Shown here: positions 50,983-54,083 of the stretch, piece after piece
How positions within the stretch are numbered: the stretch's first letter is position 1
Layout of the letters: each line of letters begins with the position of its first letter
Source of the DNA: Legionellales bacterium UBA7366
Lineage (GTDB): Bacteria; Pseudomonadota; Gammaproteobacteria; UBA7366
Reading direction: 5' to 3'
Length of the DNA stretch: 54,083 nt
Assembly (NCBI GenBank): GCA_002469885.1
Contig: DKOI01000112.1
Coordinates: 1-54,083 of the forward strand
The notes under the pieces: model-generated
Seen by the model: the letters and a program-made list of their open reading frames with translations, nothing else
Told to the model about the DNA's origin: nothing
Databases searched by the model: none
Made by a program: the position numbers and the translations under genes

Positions 50983-51636
50983 TTATCGCTTTCTAAGCAA
51001 TGTTAAACCATCACCAATAGATAACATAGAAAGCTCCACGCGGGAATCTGCTTGGAGCTTTTTGTTTAAATGACGTAGTGCTTTTACTGCAGGAGATGAA
51101 TTTTCAAGATTAATAACATTTCCACGCTGCAATACGTTATCAATCGCGATAATACCGTTTTGCTTAACGAGTTTTAAGCATTGTTCGTAGTAGCCATCAT
51201 AGGTTCGTTTATCAGCATCAATGAAGATAAAATCAAACTGACTTTTCTCATCAATCAATCTTGCGAGTGTTTTGCTTGCATCGCCTAGTGTAAAGTTAAT
51301 TTTGTGTTTAACGTTTGCTTTTTCCCAATGCGAATTTGCTATTTCTATGTTTCTATCGTCAATATCGCAGGTTGTCAGTGTTCCGTTTTCCGGTAAGGCT
51401 AATGCGATTACCAGTGCGCTATAACCGGTGAAGGTGCCGATTTCTAATACCTTAGTTGCACCACTGATTTTGATTAGCATTGATAGAAATTGCCCTTGAT
51501 CGGGCGGAATTTGCATATGACCACCTTCCATCACTTGTGTTTTTTCTCGAAGAGATTTAAGCGCTGATGTTTCATTAACAGACAGTTCAACAATGTATTC
51601 ATACAAACTGTCATTGAGAGACGTGTATTTTCCCAT
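50983..51636 (-). CDS. class I SAM-dependent O-methyltransferase (family 3, caffeoyl-CoA OMT/YrrM-like)
   Basis: 217 aa with SAM motif VLEIGTFTGYSAL and acidic FIFIDADK. Confidence 0.8.
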   Translation of the reverse strand: MGKYTSLNDSLYEYIVELSVNETSALKSLREKTQVMEGGHMQIPPDQGQFLSMLIKISGATKVLEIGTFTGYSALVIALALPENGTLTTCDIDDRNIEIANSHWEKANVKHKINFTLGDASKTLARLIDEKSQFDFIFIDADKRTYDGYYEQCLKLVKQNGIIAIDNVLQRGNVINLENSSPAVKALRHLNKKLQADSRVELSMLSIGDGLTLLRKR

Positions 51637-51638
51637 GT

Positions 51639-52904
51639 TTATTCTTCCTGTAGTTGACGTTGTGTTCTATCATCAAACAATACAGCTGCGATCAGTGTGA
51701 CGATGGCTAATAAAGAAAAAATGAGTCCAACCAATAAAGGGTCGCCCGTTCTTTCAACCCAAAAAGTCACGACCAGTGGTGTAAAACTTCCCAATGAAAA
51801 TGCTACGTTATAGCATAGCGCAATACCGCTATAGCGCACTTTTGTTGGGAACAACTCTGCAAGCATTGGAGGATAACAAGCTGAAAATATTGATACAATG
51901 GTTTGATACAGGAACATAAAGACAAAGAGTAAGAAGGTGATTTCACTTTTGACCAAGTAGAAGAGTGCGTAGCTTACAAAGACAACCATTAAAGATGACA
52001 TGTAGAGTAATATTTTTCTGCCGAGTTTATCAGATACCCACCCGAAAAACGGTATGCAAATAGCTGACCACAGTAAACTGATTGTGGATGCAAGGTAGGT
52101 TAAGTGCATTGGGTAATGGAAGTTACGATGAATGTAGGTTGGTAAATAGAGTGCAAAGATAATAAAGCATGCTGCAAAAATAGTAAGGCAAATTCCCATA
52201 ACTATTTTTTTTCTGTATTGCGTGACTAAGGTGATGAAAGGGTAGCGTGTCGTATTTTCTTTTGAAAACAAAGGTGTTTCTAAGGCGCGGCGTCGTAAAT
52301 AAAAACACACGACAGCAATAATACCGCCGAGTAAGAAGGGAAATCTGAATCCCCAAGAGGTCATTTGTTCTATGGTTAATGTTGAGGTTAGAATGTAGCC
52401 AATAAACGTGCTTAACATGGCACCAATGCCAATATTCATAAACATAAAGCCAGAGTGGGTTCCTCTATAATCTTTGCCGACGTGCTCCATTAAAAATGTA
52501 ATCGCGCCAGGCATTTCTGCGCCCAATGATAATCCTTGAATGAGCCGGCACAGCAATAAGAAAGCGGGTGCGCAAAGTCCTATGGTGGCATAGGATGGAA
52601 TTAAGCCAATTCCAATTGTTGAAATTGCCATTAAAGAGATGGAGAGGATGAAAATATTCTTTCGACCGAATCGATCCCCTAAGGAGGCAAAGAAAATTCC
52701 GCCAATGGGGCGTATGAGATAGCCAGCGCTGAAAATACTTAAGACGGTAATTAAACTGGACGCGCCGGTGTTGGGTGGAAATAATACGATACTTAAATAG
52801 TGGGAAAAAATAACGTAGATAACAAAGTCATAGTACTCAAGACCTGCTCCCAGCCCTGAGAGTAAGGTTATTTTATGTTGTTGAATCGTGCGTAGTAGTG
52901 TCAT
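51639..52904 (-). CDS. MFS transporter (metabolite:H+ symporter, ProP-like)
   Basis: 12-TM layout with LEYYDF near the N-terminus and the GDRFGRK loop motif. True start is ATG 52904 (MTLLRTIQQHK). The track ORF extension to 53129 overlaps the divergent kinase gene. Confidence 0.85.
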   Translation of the reverse strand: MTLLRTIQQHKITLLSGLGAGLEYYDFVIYVIFSHYLSIVLFPPNTGASSLITVLSIFSAGYLIRPIGGIFFASLGDRFGRKNIFILSISLMAISTIGIGLIPSYATIGLCAPAFLLLCRLIQGLSLGAEMPGAITFLMEHVGKDYRGTHSGFMFMNIGIGAMLSTFIGYILTSTLTIEQMTSWGFRFPFLLGGIIAVVCFYLRRRALETPLFSKENTTRYPFITLVTQYRKKIVMGICLTIFAACFIIFALYLPTYIHRNFHYPMHLTYLASTISLLWSAICIPFFGWVSDKLGRKILLYMSSLMVVFVSYALFYLVKSEITFLLFVFMFLYQTIVSIFSACYPPMLAELFPTKVRYSGIALCYNVAFSLGSFTPLVVTFWVERTGDPLLVGLIFSLLAIVTLIAAVLFDDRTQRQLQEE

Positions 52905-53004
52905 TTCGCTAAAGATAGTAACGCGTATTACATTCGGTGTAAACAAAGCGCTAGCCTGTTGATTATTATGTATATATACTTTCAAAAAAATAAAGGGAGT
53001 GTCT

Positions 53005-54021
53005 ATGTTCAGTGATGATAGTACAAAAAAGCGAAAGAAGGCAGAGTCTAGTGTTAGTGATCTTATGCCAGATTTTGATAGTTGTTTAGCTAGTGGTTCT
53101 GTAACGCCTCCACCGTCTAAGGAACGCAAGGAAAAAAACCCCAGGTACGAAACTGTTTCAAACTTACCACAGTTTGTTCAGTCACCCTTAAAAACAAAAT
53201 ACTATTTTAAGAAGACGATAGGAAGAGGAAACTTTGGTCGTGTTGATGAGTATCAATCCCTTCAAGGGGGAGATCGCGTGGTAAAATGGGAACTATCACC
53301 TCAGACAGTTAAACAAAAACGAGCCCCTCGAGGGTATAATCATGTCAAAATGCTAGCGTTAGCTGCCAAAGCCCGTAGGGCGGGTTTATTTGGATACTTG
53401 ATTTGTAATGGTGAAGGTTTAGGTCGTCAAAAGTGCTCACAGCCTCATGGTATAATGATGCCTAAAATACCAGGGGAGCATTTAGATACATTTTTTCGAG
53501 GCAAGCTTTCTGAACAAACGCTCCAAGATTCATTTAGAACGCTTTTAAAAATGAGCATTGCGACAATTGATGCACTTTCAACTTATCATGCAGAGGTAAA
53601 GAGTGTGCATTGTGATATTAAGCCTGATAATTTTCATATTATTATAAACAAAGAAGGTTTGAAAGTGCACGTGTTGGATGTAGATTCTAGCGTGGATGTG
53701 GGTGAGGAAGTTGATGATAGTGAAATGAACAGAAAATTTTGTGATCCTGAGTTACTTCAAGGCGGGCTTTTCATCTTTCATAGAGCACAGTATCGAAACG
53801 ATATTTATTCTGTCGGCCGTATGATGGAAGAATTTTTGAAAATGCACCGGGCTAAAGACAAAAGCGCCACAATGCGTGCGAAACATGAATTGTTTGAAGA
53901 TGTGATTGTGGGCATGAAACGTCAGCGGGAGAAGGCTCCTGTTGCATATACCTTTGATCAAGCCAAGGAAAAATTGAAAGAAGCGTTAGCCGCGACAGTT
54001 CTACACAGTTTTCGCCTATAG
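53005..54021 (+). CDS. Hanks-type (eukaryotic-like) Ser/Thr protein kinase; effector candidate
   Basis: Gly-loop GRGNFG, VVK lysine, catalytic loop HCDIKPDN, DVD in place of DFG, CDPE in place of APE, and subdomain IX DIYSVG. The N-terminal tail carries KKRKK. GGGAG RBS lies 5 nt before ATG 53005. Confidence 0.82.
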   Translation: MFSDDSTKKRKKAESSVSDLMPDFDSCLASGSVTPPPSKERKEKNPRYETVSNLPQFVQSPLKTKYYFKKTIGRGNFGRVDEYQSLQGGDRVVKWELSPQTVKQKRAPRGYNHVKMLALAAKARRAGLFGYLICNGEGLGRQKCSQPHGIMMPKIPGEHLDTFFRGKLSEQTLQDSFRTLLKMSIATIDALSTYHAEVKSVHCDIKPDNFHIIINKEGLKVHVLDVDSSVDVGEEVDDSEMNRKFCDPELLQGGLFIFHRAQYRNDIYSVGRMMEEFLKMHRAKDKSATMRAKHELFEDVIVGMKRQREKAPVAYTFDQAKEKLKEALAATVLHSFRL

Positions 54022-54030
54022 AGATGAGGG

Positions 54031-54083
54031 ATAGGTACATTTATCCACAGGGGGGCTTTCCCCCTGTGGATAAATGTACCTAT
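54031..54083. repeat. perfect 24-bp inverted repeat (hairpin) at window edge
   Basis: ATAGGTACATTTATCCACAGGGGG ... CCCCCTGTGGATAAATGTACCTAT with a loop of about 5 nt. It begins 10 nt after the kinase stop. Each arm contains TTATCCACA. The right arm ends exactly at the last base of the window. Confidence 0.8.

Overview
This is a 54-kb chromosomal segment of a roughly 40% GC gammaproteobacterium. The gene content looks Legionellales-like, but that assignment is inference only.

Housekeeping genes dominate: metK (cut by the left edge), tkt-gap-pgk-pykA, nagK-like/nagA, glyQ-glyS-gmhB-plsC, gyrB, lptM-dapF-trkA-trkH, trpS, and rpmH-rnpA-yidD-yidC-mnmE.

Accessory content:
- A nine-gene type IVb-like pilus module (30.7-39.8 kb) lies between gyrB and trkH. 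It is preceded by a DUF4143 ATPase and a decayed AraC-type HTH. No prepilin peptidase, conjugation genes or integrase are nearby.
- A minus-strand operon encodes an LtaS-like sulfatase, a TolC-like protein, an HlyD-like adaptor, a MacB/FtsX-type permease and a small OMP, but no ABC ATPase.
- A MoxR-DUF58 pair.
- A Hanks-type (eukaryotic-like) Ser/Thr kinase with an NLS-like KKRKK patch, and a 709-aa polytopic orphan protein. Both are candidate secreted effectors.

Non-coding signals not explained by the ORF track:
- A candidate CsrA-titrating RsmY/RsmZ-like sRNA on the minus strand at about 15.23-15.37 kb.
- A candidate oriC at 43.6-44.2 kb, with two perfect and five near-perfect DnaA boxes plus AT-rich repeats. 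It is uncoupled from dnaA.
- A perfect 24-bp inverted repeat carrying a DnaA-box 9-mer in each arm, exactly at the right window edge.

I recognised no rRNA, tRNA, CRISPR array, IS element or integrase. All homology calls come from motif and architecture recognition by eye; no database search was run.
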